63,348 nucleotides of DNA, filler included, from 12 parts of 12 records of this genome joined end to end with filler, not necessarily neighbours in it, one strand, 5' to 3'. Positions 11,864 through 22,495 are shown, counted from the first letter of the whole stretch. Numbers and translations: made by a program. The notes: a model not told the origin generated them from the letters alone.

Positions 11864-12784
11864 TCACTGCCGAACGGTGTACAGCATCGCACCGCTAGAT
11901 CTCTGCCCACGCTTCGCCTCTTGACAGTCCCGCTCTAGATGTCCCGGCTGGCCGCAGTTCTTGCAGACGGATTTCTTGGCCACTGTTTCTTTTGTGTCCT
12001 CATCCAATACTGTTTCGTTCTGCACACGCTTGCGCTGCCCACCATCCTCGTACTGCCTGCGCAGCACCTCTTCGCGCCGCTTCTCCTCTGGTTCTGACGT
12101 GATCTCCTCCTCTTCCACCGCCGCCTGTTGTTTGGTCGCCGTGACCAGTCCGGCCTCCTCTGCAAACTTGCCGGCCAGCACCTTGAACCGAAGCTTGGCC
12201 ATGTCGACCGGCGTGCGACCGAAGTTGTCGAGCTGTGCTGCAGCTTTTGGGTAGGCCTTCCAGACCGCGTCGACCGTGTCGACGCTGGCCGCGGGACTGC
12301 GGCAGATCCAGTGCAATGGGAGCTCGCGCCCTTGGTCCACCTTCTGGGCCGCGCCTGGAAACGCCTTCAAGATGAGGTCGAGCGCCGTGTCCCCGTCCTC
12401 GTTCGCGATCGCAGCACTGTTGCGGCAGATGCAGTGCAGCGGGGTTTCGCCAAACTCGCTCTCGACTCTGACAGCCGGCTTGTGCAGCTGCAGCACGCGC
12501 TCGATCACGTCGAACGTCGCAGTCGAGTTCTCGCACGCGACGTGCAGTGGCGTATAGCCAGAGGACGTGGTCACGCTGGCGGGGGCCTCTGGGTGCGCCT
12601 CCAGCAACTCCATGATCTTGCGCGGCGTCGATGGCATGAACTCGTCCTGCAGCATCCTGAGCAGCTTGAACGCCGACCCGTGTATCAGCGGCGCGTCGTA
12701 GTCCACGCCCGACTCCTCGTCCGAGCCGGCGAACTCCGCGAGGTCCTCCTCGCCGAAGCGGCTCAGCTCCGCCGTCGTCGCCAT
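11864..12784 (-). CDS. Ankyrin-repeat protein with C-terminal CCHC zinc knuckle
   Basis: Ankyrin-type motifs GYTPLHVAC, GETPLHCIC, ELPLHWIC and GRTPVD; CKNCGQPGHLERDC fits CX2CX4HX4C. Confidence 0.85.
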   Translation of the reverse strand: MATTAELSRFGEEDLAEFAGSDEESGVDYDAPLIHGSAFKLLRMLQDEFMPSTPRKIMELLEAHPEAPASVTTSSGYTPLHVACENSTATFDVIERVLQLHKPAVRVESEFGETPLHCICRNSAAIANEDGDTALDLILKAFPGAAQKVDQGRELPLHWICRSPAASVDTVDAVWKAYPKAAAQLDNFGRTPVDMAKLRFKVLAGKFAEEAGLVTATKQQAAVEEEEITSEPEEKRREEVLRRQYEDGGQRKRVQNETVLDEDTKETVAKKSVCKNCGQPGHLERDCQEAKRGQRSSGAMLYTVRQ

Positions 12785-12801
12785 GGCCGTGCTGCCGTCC
12801 A

Positions 12802-12901
12802 NNNNNNNNNNNNNNNNNNNNNNNNNNNNNNNNNNNNNNNNNNNNTTAATTAATTAANNNNNNNNNNNNNNNNNNNNNNNNNNNNNNNNNNNNNNNNNNN
12901 N
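12802..12901. other. Artificial contig-joining spacer
   Basis: N44-TTAATTAATTAA-N44. Confidence 0.99.
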
Positions 12902-12942
12902 AGTCTGTATTGGAAAATCGTACCATTCTGTTGTCCGATGGC
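12902..12942 (+). repeat. Dispersed repeat copy 2 (contig starts inside it)
   Basis: AGTCTGTATTGGAAAATCGTACCATTCTGTTGTCCGATGGC. Confidence 0.9.
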
Positions 12943-12966
12943 TGCGGCCGGACTGCAGTGGCATTG

Positions 12967-14196
12967 ATGGCGCCAGCGGTGGTGGTGGAGATGGGCACCA
13001 CGACTGGCTTGGGCCGGCCGTGGTCCGCGAGGCAGTGGTACCGCTCCGAGCTGCGGAAGCGGAGCGAAACCAAGCACGAGCCTGTGGCACCACCGCCGGC
13101 TGAACCCACTCGTGACGCTGCTCGGCGGCGAATGTTCGACGGCGATCTCCGGGCACCAATCCCCGAACGGTTTGCAACGCCGAAGCCACCTTGGGAGCCG
13201 AAGCAGCGGCTATCCCCCAAGGAGAAGCAGCTGCAGCAGGTTCGAGCGAGTCTGGGGCCGGCCCTGAAGCGCGCCATGGAGACCATGATGCTGTCTGGTA
13301 AGGACCAGAACCAGCGGTTGAGGGCTTTCTGCCGTGTGCTAGACCGGAACGGCGACGGCGTGATCTCTGCTGCGGAACTGTGCGACGGCATCGCGCTGCT
13401 GGGCCCTCGGCTGCCGATGACCAAGAAGCAGGTGGACGCCGTTTTTGATCGAATCGATCGCAGCGGTGGCAGCGCGCTCAGTTTCGACGACTTTGCCACG
13501 CTCTTCAGTGCAGTCGATGCGCGTGTCCACGAGACGGAACGGCAGGACGAGCGCCTCGCCGTCGGGCAGCGTGGCAGCGCAAAGGCGGACACGCCACGCG
13601 AGGTTGACACAGAGGCTAGTATCATCCGCACACAAGATTGGCGCAACATGCCGCTATCTCCACGCGACGTGAAATGGTCACCCCCAGCATCGTCTTTCTC
13701 ATCGATGAGGCCATTCCTGAAGCAAGGTGGCGGTCACGGATCAGAGCGCCAGGCCCAAAAGCGCGCCGACCTTGCACCGACACTTGATGCGAATGTCACA
13801 GTCTTCTCCAGCACTGTCCCAAAGTGGAGACCCTTCTCGCATCGCGATGTTACTCCTGAGAAGTGGTTGGACAAGGACTGGGATCGCACTCCGGGTACAA
13901 TGGAGCGGCTCATCGAGCCACGCGCCGTCAGCCTCAACACGCACGATACTACCAGCCCGGAGGCACTTGCTGCCGCTGCAGCCATCGCCGCGGATGCGGC
14001 CCGGGCCGGTGTAGAGTGTCGGTCCAAATTCAAGTTCACGCCACGGCACTGCAGGGCGCCGCGGCCAGAGCCGGCTCCAGTGGGCAAGTACCAGGAGCTT
14101 TGGCATCGCTCGCTGCCCATAAAGCACCCGGAGCACGTAGTCCCGTCGCACTCGCCGACGCATGCAACAGACTGGATCAGGCCGAATCCGCGTTGA
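12967..14196 (+). CDS. EF-hand calcium-binding protein (one EF-hand pair), apparently intronless
   Basis: EF loops DRNGDGVISAAEL and DRSGGSALSFDDF. First ATG at 12967 within ORF 12910..14196. Confidence 0.8.
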   Translation: MAPAVVVEMGTTTGLGRPWSARQWYRSELRKRSETKHEPVAPPPAEPTRDAARRRMFDGDLRAPIPERFATPKPPWEPKQRLSPKEKQLQQVRASLGPALKRAMETMMLSGKDQNQRLRAFCRVLDRNGDGVISAAELCDGIALLGPRLPMTKKQVDAVFDRIDRSGGSALSFDDFATLFSAVDARVHETERQDERLAVGQRGSAKADTPREVDTEASIIRTQDWRNMPLSPRDVKWSPPASSFSSMRPFLKQGGGHGSERQAQKRADLAPTLDANVTVFSSTVPKWRPFSHRDVTPEKWLDKDWDRTPGTMERLIEPRAVSLNTHDTTSPEALAAAAAIAADAARAGVECRSKFKFTPRHCRAPRPEPAPVGKYQELWHRSLPIKHPEHVVPSHSPTHATDWIRPNPR

Positions 14197-14453
14197 CCCT
14201 ATAACTGATCTACACGAGTGCGGTAGTGTAATGAAGGTGAAGGTAGAAATCCTGATTGTTCTGAGCCGTCACTACAACCTCATTTTGCTGCGTGTGCATC
14301 TATAGTTTGTAGCTATTTTACCTTTCGCGCCTCGAGTAACCCGCAGAGCGGCCAGCCCTCGCACTCCTTTGCTGGTCCGCCGCCACCGTATGCCCTAACT
14401 ATGTCAGACAGGTATGTACCGGTCACCGGATCAGCATTTTGCTATTCAAAAGC

Positions 14454-17109
14454 CTAGCTTTTCCGAGCAGCCAGCTCCGGTACACCGGGAGGGTCTTGTT
14501 CTAGTTCGAAAAAGAGGAGGTAAACCTTCCGCTGCGACTCCTCCGACATCACGTCTGTCTCTTGTACATGCGAGACCGACGTGTCGTCGAATCTAATGAT
14601 GGCAGCACATCGAACGCCGGAGGCCAGTCAGACAGACTGACTTGCTAGGGAGTACAAACGGGCCGACTAAGCTAGCGGGCCGTGCTTTACCTAAGCCAGC
14701 GATCATGGGTGTGCAGGACATCACAGGTGTAGTGCCCACCGCCCAGCGACTGGCCATGGTGCCAGACTACTGCAAACAGCGAGTACGTCTGCGCCTTGCC
14801 CCCACCTGCAATCGCAGTAGGATGGCCGAAACATAAACGTGTCCAAACAAGTCAGAAGACCCTATAGAGATGGTCTTGTGTGGCCCGAAAGTCTAAGGTC
14901 TAGTAAGCGGGCTGCGACGCGAGGATCACATCGGGTTGCGGTACTGCGTCGCACATCTGTACTATCAGACTGCCTGCAGAGTGCGCACCTTTGCTCGGCA
15001 GAGCTAACTTCTGCCTAAAACTGACTTTTCTGTGCAGCTTCTTGGGCTGCCCATCCAAGTACACAAATCGTTTGACTTGGACTGCTAAGACCCGCGGCAA
15101 ATCCTCCAGAGTAACCTGCACCAACGCGCGCACTGTCACAATGCAGTTGGCAGTAGAAAGTGGCTGCTTGACGAGATTGTGCAGTCGGGTGGTCTCTTGA
15201 TCACAGGTGCTGAAGGATAGCTTTGGCTACCACACGTGCGGTAGGCACAACGACGGAACAGCACAGAGACACACACGCTGACCTGCTTCTCGGCGGCTTT
15301 GTTCTCTGTCCCGTATTCGTCTAGTGTCTCGGGTTCAGAGAAACTCAGAATGGCCTCTTCGAGCGTGCCAGCTGAGGAGCTCGGCAGGTTTTGAATATCG
15401 ACCGCCAAGCAATGGAAAGGCTCGAATGTCACTGCCAGCCACATCCAGATTTACAACAGATGCCCACTTTAGATATGGCCTCATGACTAGCCCAGTGCTG
15501 CGGTGCAGCATCACTGCTAACCTCATCGCGCGCGCGTGGGGGGAGTAGAGGCAGAGCGTGGCTAAAATAGAAGCGTTCTGAGCTGGGGTAGATGGCGCCC
15601 ACCTGATGGTTTCGCGCCCTGTTGCCGCACTGTCGAGCGCAGCTGCCCTCGGAAGATTTCGCTAATCGGCGTCTCCTTGTGTTTTGTGTGTCTAGTGATC
15701 GATGTCTTATTCCCTTTCCCTACCTCCGACCACTCCCCCGCGGAGGGGTCTCCCTCTTCCTGATCACCTCCCCAGCCTTGCCCTGTACCCGCAGAGCAAA
15801 AACGGATACATGGCAGCCAATCAGCATACTCTAACCTCAGGAAACTGGATGTGGTCCTTGCGCACCGTCGCCCTCGTCACCCTCGCTCTCTTCCACTGTC
15901 ACGTCTGCAGATTCGCTGTACCTGCGTGGTTGCAGAGAAAGGCAGGAGATGTGCAGATAGAGGCAACGAGGCTCAGCCGTGTGGCGCAGCACGACAGCAA
16001 GGGTGGGTACCCACTTTGCGAGCTCTTCGTGCAGACCGTCTAGCAAAAAGACGAAGAATTCATGTGCATCCTACTCGACCGGCAGCAGCGGCAGCAGCAA
16101 CAGCAGGTTTAGCACACTCCACAAACATTTCGCTGCGACCGCAGCAGTCATGGGCCGCAAGTGCTGACCTGTTGCTGGCCCATGAAGCCATTCGTGCCCA
16201 CGCCTTGGCGGTGATGAAACTGCTCCAAGACGTCCCGCAGCATGTCGGGCGAGAAAGGTCTCTCCAGCTCCACTGGCGGCACGGAATCCCCCGACGCCAC
16301 AGGCTCAACAGCTTCTGCGTCGTAGCGCGAGAACTGTTGGGCGAACTTGATCGTCTGGGTCGTGGTCTGGCCGATCTCACCAGCGCGGAGCCCATCGCCC
16401 AGCTGCGAAATGAGCTGAAGGAAGGACTGTCAAACGCGCGTGATTGACCGATTTAGTGAAAGTCGTCAATAACATGCAGGCGCAGCAGGCACGGGCGGGG
16501 AGGCAGAAGCGCACATACCTGGCAGGCCACGAGGCACTGCAAAATTACGTTCATGAAGCAAGTGTTCCCGTTGTTGACGAGACCTCGTGGCTTCGGCGGT
16601 GGCTGGTACTGCCGGCTGCCCGCCGCGCATTCTGCGAGCCAAGCTTTCCGCTGCCTGAGGATGAGCGACTCTCCCTCGGGCGCTGGCTCCGGCGCGGGGG
16701 GGGCAGCAACAGCGTCGCCGCCCGCCGCCGCGTCGCTCGCCTGCGCCTCCGCGGCCTCTGGCACAGCCGCAACGCCAGCCCCAGCACTCGCACTCGCCTG
16801 CCGGGCGCTGACCAGCGACGCCCAGCTCTTCGGGCCACTCGGCGCGGCATCTACAGACGCTGCCGTGTAGCTGCCGCTGCTAGCCTCGCCTGCCTGCCCA
16901 TCCTGCCGTGCCTCCGCTGGCTCGGCGTCGAGCAGGGGCGACCCAAAGCCGAAGGGCAGCTCCACCTGGTCCGCCTCAATGGACAGCCGCCGTAGCTCCG
17001 GGTCGAGCCATTCCACCGAGCTATCCAGCGGGTCGCCCCCGCCAACGAGCGGCTGCTGCGGCTCGTGCGCGCCGAACATGATCCCATCGTCGGAGTCCTC
17101 CTCGGCCAT
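14454..17109 (-). CDS. Ubiquitin-specific protease (peptidase C19), USP10/UBP3-like, multi-exon
   Basis: Cys box PRGLVNNGNTCFMNVILQCL; QQ|DAHEFFVFLLDGLHEEL; LPRVLAVQVKRF; His box YSLFAVVWHHGQSLGGGHYT; RWLR|FDD; VYLLFF. Stop TAG at 14454-14456. Exons joined by GT-AG introns read manually. Confidence 0.9.
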
Positions 17110-17730
17110 GCAGCACCACACGCTGAGCGGCGGAGACTGGCGCCGTGCTTTTGCCCTCTGTGACAGACACACCATGCACCATACGCCGTGAATGCGCTGC
17201 GGGACCTCCTGATCTACCGCTCAGCACGTACACACCGACCCACAGAAAACAGCGCCCCGACCAAAACGACCAAAACGCGAGACGATCTATCTGAGAGAGT
17301 GGTTTCAGGTGGAACATGTACCGTGAGGAAAGGCCCCCCCCCTCTCCCCCCCCGCAAAAAAAGCTCCAGAGCGCGATGTGCCGTCAAACAATCGCCTCTT
17401 TGCAGCCGATGCCCCGCGGCCCCCGCTCCCGCCCAAACACACAACGCGGCGTGTGCTGTCCGGAACCACCAACAACCCACAGGGGCAGTGCTACCCAAAT
17501 CAGACAGACCTGTCCGAGCCGCTCGCCGAACCGCGCGCTTCCCGAAGTCTCCCCTCCCGACCAGGCGAGGTACCGCCGACAACTCCACCAACCACGCAGC
17601 CCTCTACGCACCCAAGCGAAAAGGCTTCTTCTTGCAGTGCGCCGACGCGACTGACCCAACGCGATCGAGCTGGCGGGCAACGAACAAGCCCGCGGTGCGG
17701 TGGGGGGCAGGCAGGCAGGCAGCCCTCTAC

Positions 17731-17830
17731 NNNNNNNNNNNNNNNNNNNNNNNNNNNNNNNNNNNNNNNNNNNNTTAATTAATTAANNNNNNNNNNNNNN
17801 NNNNNNNNNNNNNNNNNNNNNNNNNNNNNN
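17731..17830. other. Artificial contig-joining spacer
   Basis: N44-TTAATTAATTAA-N44. Confidence 0.99.
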
Positions 17831-17863
17831 AGTCTGTACTGGAAAATCGTACCATTCTGTTGT
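17831..17863 (+). repeat. Dispersed repeat copy 3 (contig starts inside it)
   Basis: AGTCTGTACTGGAAAATCGTACCATTCTGTTGT; one mismatch in 33 nt to the copy at 12902. Confidence 0.9.
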
Positions 17864-17957
17864 GGCCGAATTTGACGGGGGTGGACTGAGAACCGACCGT
17901 GCCGGTCTGTAGGAGTGGGAAATTGCCCCTGAATAGGCCGTTACGCGAACGTTACGT

Positions 17958-19175
17958 ATGGAGCCAACGCCGCCAGCAGACGATGCGAAGAAGAGCTACG
18001 CGACGCTGGGGGTCTCGTACGGCGAGCAGCACCACAAGGTCCGCTACGCTCGGAGCACGCCGGCGTGGCTGCTGGAGAAGACGGTGCGGAACATGTGCGG
18101 GGTTTCGTTCGGGGCGGTGATCCGGATCGTGGACTCGAAGGCGACGCCGGGAGCGAGCAGCAGCGCGGCCTACGCGCTGGAACCGAAGCGGCTGCCGGAT
18201 GGGAAGCAGCTGCGGCTCGAGCTGCAGGGGTCGCCGCGGCGGATTCAGCTCTCCTCCACGAGCTCGGCGATGTGGTTCCCAACGCTCTCTGGCCTCCACT
18301 CAGCGCGCAGCTCGAGCTCGCTCCCCATGGTGGAGAGCGGCAGCATCGGCGACACAGCGGCACCGCTGACGGACCGTTCTCACTACCGTGGCAACCTGGC
18401 CCTGCGCATGGCCTCCATCCCGATGCCGATGCCGCCTCCGGACGCACCGCTCTCTGCACGAAGTTTCAGCTCGACCACTGCCCCGGACGGGCAGTACAAA
18501 ATTTGCCTCCTTGGGGACAGCGGAGTGGGCAAAACCGCTTTCACAGCACGAATGTCCAACACAGACACGCCACGAGAGTACCGCTGGGATGGCAAAGCGG
18601 AGTACCAGCCAACGACTGCCGCGGCGATCAGCACAACCACAGTCACAACGTCCAACGGCCCAATTCAGATCAAGCTCTGGGAGCTCAGCGGCAAGTGCAC
18701 AACGAGCAATAGCTCACGACGAAAGTCGAAGAACGCTGGCGATTCGGCCGTGTATCTTGCTGGGGCTGATGCCGCTATAGTGTTCTTCTCGTTCAAGCAA
18801 CCAGCTGAGGCCTACCGCAATGTGCTACGCTGGACCAATCTGGTTCGGAGAACGTGCGGAGCCATCCCGCTGCTTGTGGTAGGACTCGGTTCGGACGATA
18901 AAAAGTCGGTTGCGGCTCGCGCGGATTTACAAGCTCCACATCCAGGTATCCTGGCAGCCTCAAACAAGTCCGGTGACAATATCTACGCACCGATGGCGAC
19001 CATCCTAGCGAGGCTGGAGAGTGATCCAGAGCTTCGTTTGCAGGCGCACCGGAAGGTGGTACCTTCAACACTAGCGACGGATTTCGAGATTATGCGGCAC
19101 GTCAGCGAAAGCTGGCAAAGCGAAGTGGCCATTGAGGCGACAGGTGCTGAGGATGCTGTGATTCCGGAAGAATGA
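17958..19175 (+). CDS. Divergent Ran-like small GTPase domain with about 180-aa N-terminal extension
   Basis: P-loop YKICLLGDSGVGKT. Ran-like segments TSNGPIQIKLW, YRNVLRW...RTCGAIPLLVVG, SNKSGDNIYAP...LESDPEL and acidic end AVIPEE. Confidence 0.8.
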   Translation: MEPTPPADDAKKSYATLGVSYGEQHHKVRYARSTPAWLLEKTVRNMCGVSFGAVIRIVDSKATPGASSSAAYALEPKRLPDGKQLRLELQGSPRRIQLSSTSSAMWFPTLSGLHSARSSSSLPMVESGSIGDTAAPLTDRSHYRGNLALRMASIPMPMPPPDAPLSARSFSSTTAPDGQYKICLLGDSGVGKTAFTARMSNTDTPREYRWDGKAEYQPTTAAAISTTTVTTSNGPIQIKLWELSGKCTTSNSSRRKSKNAGDSAVYLAGADAAIVFFSFKQPAEAYRNVLRWTNLVRRTCGAIPLLVVGLGSDDKKSVAARADLQAPHPGILAASNKSGDNIYAPMATILARLESDPELRLQAHRKVVPSTLATDFEIMRHVSESWQSEVAIEATGAEDAVIPEE

Positions 19176-19331
19176 CTTTGATGAGGAACGAGATCGGGGC
19201 TCAGTAAATAGATTTTTTGGGGCGTAAACACTCGAATCACTCCCGGTAAACGTACATCAAACTCTTGCATGAGGGTGGGCGATTCGTCTCCTTGTGCGGC
19301 AGCTGCCTAACTAGATCTGGAAAAGACTGGC

Positions 19332-21036
19332 CTACTTCCCGCAGGCTGGATTGACCACGTGGAACAGGAAGCACTCCTCCCCGGCCGGACCGTCGTCTGA
19401 ACAGCCCACAAGGTGCACACCCGTAAGAACTCACAGTTATGGTGCAGCAGAAAGGGGCTTGTGCATACAATGAGGCTGCGGTTGCGCACCAAGGAGAGTG
19501 TACTCGTAGTATCTTAGCGCCCCGGTGCTTGAACTCTGCTTTTGTTTTGCCACCGCTGGAAGCACAGCTCCGTACCTGCAATAGCAGCACAGTGTTAGAC
19601 TCTCGGTGCAGCAGAGTTCGACGTTCACAGCAGCAAAAGCATCTTCGGCTGGGGTTACTGCGTACCTCCTGCGGACAGCGGGCTGCTTGGCTTCCTTGGG
19701 CAGATCTGAAGAACCTTTTGATCCACCGCTGTTGCGCCATCGATCTGTCACAGCGTGCACGCACGTTCGATCTCTTGAGAGTTCCTGACACGAAGAGCTG
19801 ATAGATACGCAGCGAGTGTGTGTCTTCTAGAGGCTCACCAGGCAGGATGTCTCGAGCGGATCTCGCCTTTTGCTCTGGTGTGAGCTTGGCTCTGGCATTG
19901 GCGGACTTGGACCGCTGACGGGGGCGGGGAACCTTAGGCATTTCGATGTAGACTCCACCCTTCTGCGCAGTCCCTTTAGCCGCCCCAAGACATAGTGGAC
20001 GCGGTGGAAGCTTGGGCCACTGAGACCCCTTTCGCTTTAGCTTTAGATGATAACGAAGGATAGTCGCGGCTTCAGACCACTCTAGCATCCGCTTCTGTGA
20101 GGCTTTGAGGCAACGCTTCACCTCCAGTGGGAAATCGTCGACGTCGACCGCCGCTGCTGAGGCATCTTCTCGAGCGGGCGCTGCAGAGAGCGATGTTGCA
20201 GAGCTGTCGTTCTCATCTGTGCTGTTGTCGGTCTCCTCTTCGCCATCTGGATAGGTAGTATCTTCTGTGCTGCGCTTGGAGTCGTCCTTGTCTTCCTCAT
20301 TTTCCTCCTCATCGGAGGTGAAGTGCGCAAAATCTTGACGCACGCGTGGCACCGGTACGCGTGCACTGCGGCGTTGGACTACCTGTGGTCGTGGTGCTGG
20401 TGCCGGTGCCGGTGCCTTTGTCCGGCGTTTTTTCAGTGGGCGCGCATGCTTTGAGGCAGGGCGATTCGATGCCGCTGATTGACTGCGCTTCTCCTTCTGC
20501 TGGACTGCCTTGGCTGGCGCCTTCAACGAGACTGGCGGCACTGTCTGAGAGGCCGCAATCTTGCGTGACGCCTGCGTGAGCACCGGCATGATCGGTGCCT
20601 CCTGAGGTGGATAATGGTGTGGTACAACCCGCCCGAAGTCTGGTTCGAGCATATCCACAGGCTCAGATTCGAAGAAAGTCGGCGCCGAGACAGGCGAGCC
20701 AGGGGAGGACTCGTTATCTGAGGACAGGTGCAGCCCATTCCAGCGATGTTCACGATCAAGTTGGACGTGGGCCTGGATGGGCACCGTGGCGCTGCTGTCC
20801 ACTAGATGGTCAGGAAAGTCCTGCCAGCTTGAGGGCCACTCGCCCCGATGATCTATTTCGCCTGACATCTGCTTCAGGGGGTCCAGGCTCATGTATGAAG
20901 AAAATGCCGAGGGCGCTGCTAGGTCGCAGGCTGTCGCTGGTCGCGGCACTTCATCTTCTGGCGGGGTCGCTCCCCACCACGGCTCGCTGACCTGGTCTGC
21001 GTAGTAATCGTTGAAGAACCCGCCGTCCGTGGTCAT
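19332..21036 (-). CDS. Hypothetical nuclear protein; low-complexity acidic/basic N-terminus and a C-terminal globular domain resembling the CG-1 DNA-binding domain; 3 introns near the 3' end
   Basis: ATG at 21036 (MTTDGGFFNDYY); NLS-like PLKKRRTK. The spliced C-terminus reads KRMLEWSEAATILRY...KLPPRP...GGVYIE...|DRWRNSGGSKGSSDLP...VRRR|YGAV...LRYYEYTLL|...FLFHVVNPACGK*. Confidence 0.65.
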
Positions 21037-22091
21037 TGCCGCCAAAGCTAGCCGCCGCTGAAGCTGCCTCGCAACTCTGCCTGTTACGCTCCACGCACGC
21101 CTTTCCACGCCTAGCGCGTCGTGACTGCGCTCAGCGCGGTCGCGTGGTGGGACTTCACCACACAAGCCGCACCCACCCCCTTCCCAGCCCAACCCACCAA
21201 ACTCCTCCCTGCCACTCCGCCAACCCACCGAGCCTCCCAGCCACTCCCCCACTGCCGTTACCAGCCGTTACAAGCCGCGACCACCACGGTTTGAACAGCG
21301 CTGAGCCGAACGTGGAAAAGACAAAGCGGCACGAAGGAATCCTGTACAACCTTGACTGGTGAGCCTCCTTGAATCCCAATCACCAGTCCTGGGTCCAGGC
21401 GAAAATCGAGTGGGGTTTCAGACGGAATTTTGCAACTCCACGGTGCAAAAAACAACGACTTCGTCAGGGTAGCTAACTTTCTGTTTCAATAAAATTTGCA
21501 TTGACGGACTCGTAGTTGTTCCGAGCGTTGAATTGTGAAAAGACGTATTGCCGATTCAGCGAATTCAGCCCGGACTCATGCACACAAAATTCATTCAGAA
21601 CGCACTCCCACGCCGGCTCACGCTTTTCCTGTCACATCACGCACGTCACGCGAACGCTGCAGCGTCCGGAATTTCTCGTCGAATTTCGGGCGTGCTCACG
21701 TCTTTTTCTTTTCGTTGGGTTTTCATACTGAATTGGGTGTTGAATGTGGGGAGAATCGATAGCTCGGTCGAATTCTAGGATGGGATTTTGCGAAATTTTC
21801 TGCGTGATGCAAGCAGTTCCGAGGCACGCTCCTGACCACATCTGATATCAGCCAGGGAAGCCGGAATGTCACACGTGCAGTTGCACTGCACCGCCGTGTG
21901 CACCGCAGACGTACTGTACTGCATGACGTACTACGGTAGCTAGCCTAGCTAGATCTACATAGTACCGTACTGTACGGTCTACAGTACTCATGGGTCTACA
22001 GCACACTATACTATTACGGTAGTTAGTAGAACGGGACCGGAGCTGATGAGACAAAATCAACTACAGGTGTTGTGTCCTGATTGATTACCCG

Positions 22092-22191
22092 NNNNNNNNN
22101 NNNNNNNNNNNNNNNNNNNNNNNNNNNNNNNNNNNTTAATTAATTAANNNNNNNNNNNNNNNNNNNNNNNNNNNNNNNNNNNNNNNNNNNN
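22092..22191. other. Artificial contig-joining spacer
   Basis: N44-TTAATTAATTAA-N44. Confidence 0.99.
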
Positions 22192-22375
22192 GTGGAGTAC
22201 ATAGAACTCACTGATCAATGCAGCAGGCTCTGGGTTTTATTCGCAGAGACACTGGGTTTTATTCGCGTCCCGGCATTGATGTTGCAGACGTTAGCTGGCC
22301 CGCCTGTGCGGATTGAATCCTGACCCAGCCTGTGATAATGTGTACACCCGCGGTGATGATTGGCGGTACGTATGG

Positions 22376-22495
22376 AAAATCAAGCCCGCCGAGGGGTCCC
22401 TCTCCCTGCCTTCTTTGCCGCCAATGCCCTGTGCAGTCTGTATTGGATAATCGTACCATTGCGGTGTCCGGTGGCATTCGGAATGTATAATACAC
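22376..22495 (+). repeat. Dispersed repeat copy 4
   Basis: AAAATCAAGC...TGTGCAGTCTGTATTGGATAATCGTACCATTGCGGTGTCCGGTGGC...AATGTATA. Confidence 0.85.

Noticed and set aside
11935-11970. CCHC knuckle as a retrotransposon gag remnant
   Set aside because: It is in frame with ankyrin repeats, with no protease, RT, integrase or LTR nearby.
21037-21252. N-terminal 72 aa of ORF 19237..21252
   Set aside because: Non-ATG start and a G-rich low-complexity translation; the first ATG at 21036 is the likelier start. The ORF's 3' part also reads through introns.
22230-22266. CTGGGTTTTATTCGC direct repeat as telomeric sequence
   Set aside because: Only two copies with a spacer; not a tandem telomere array.
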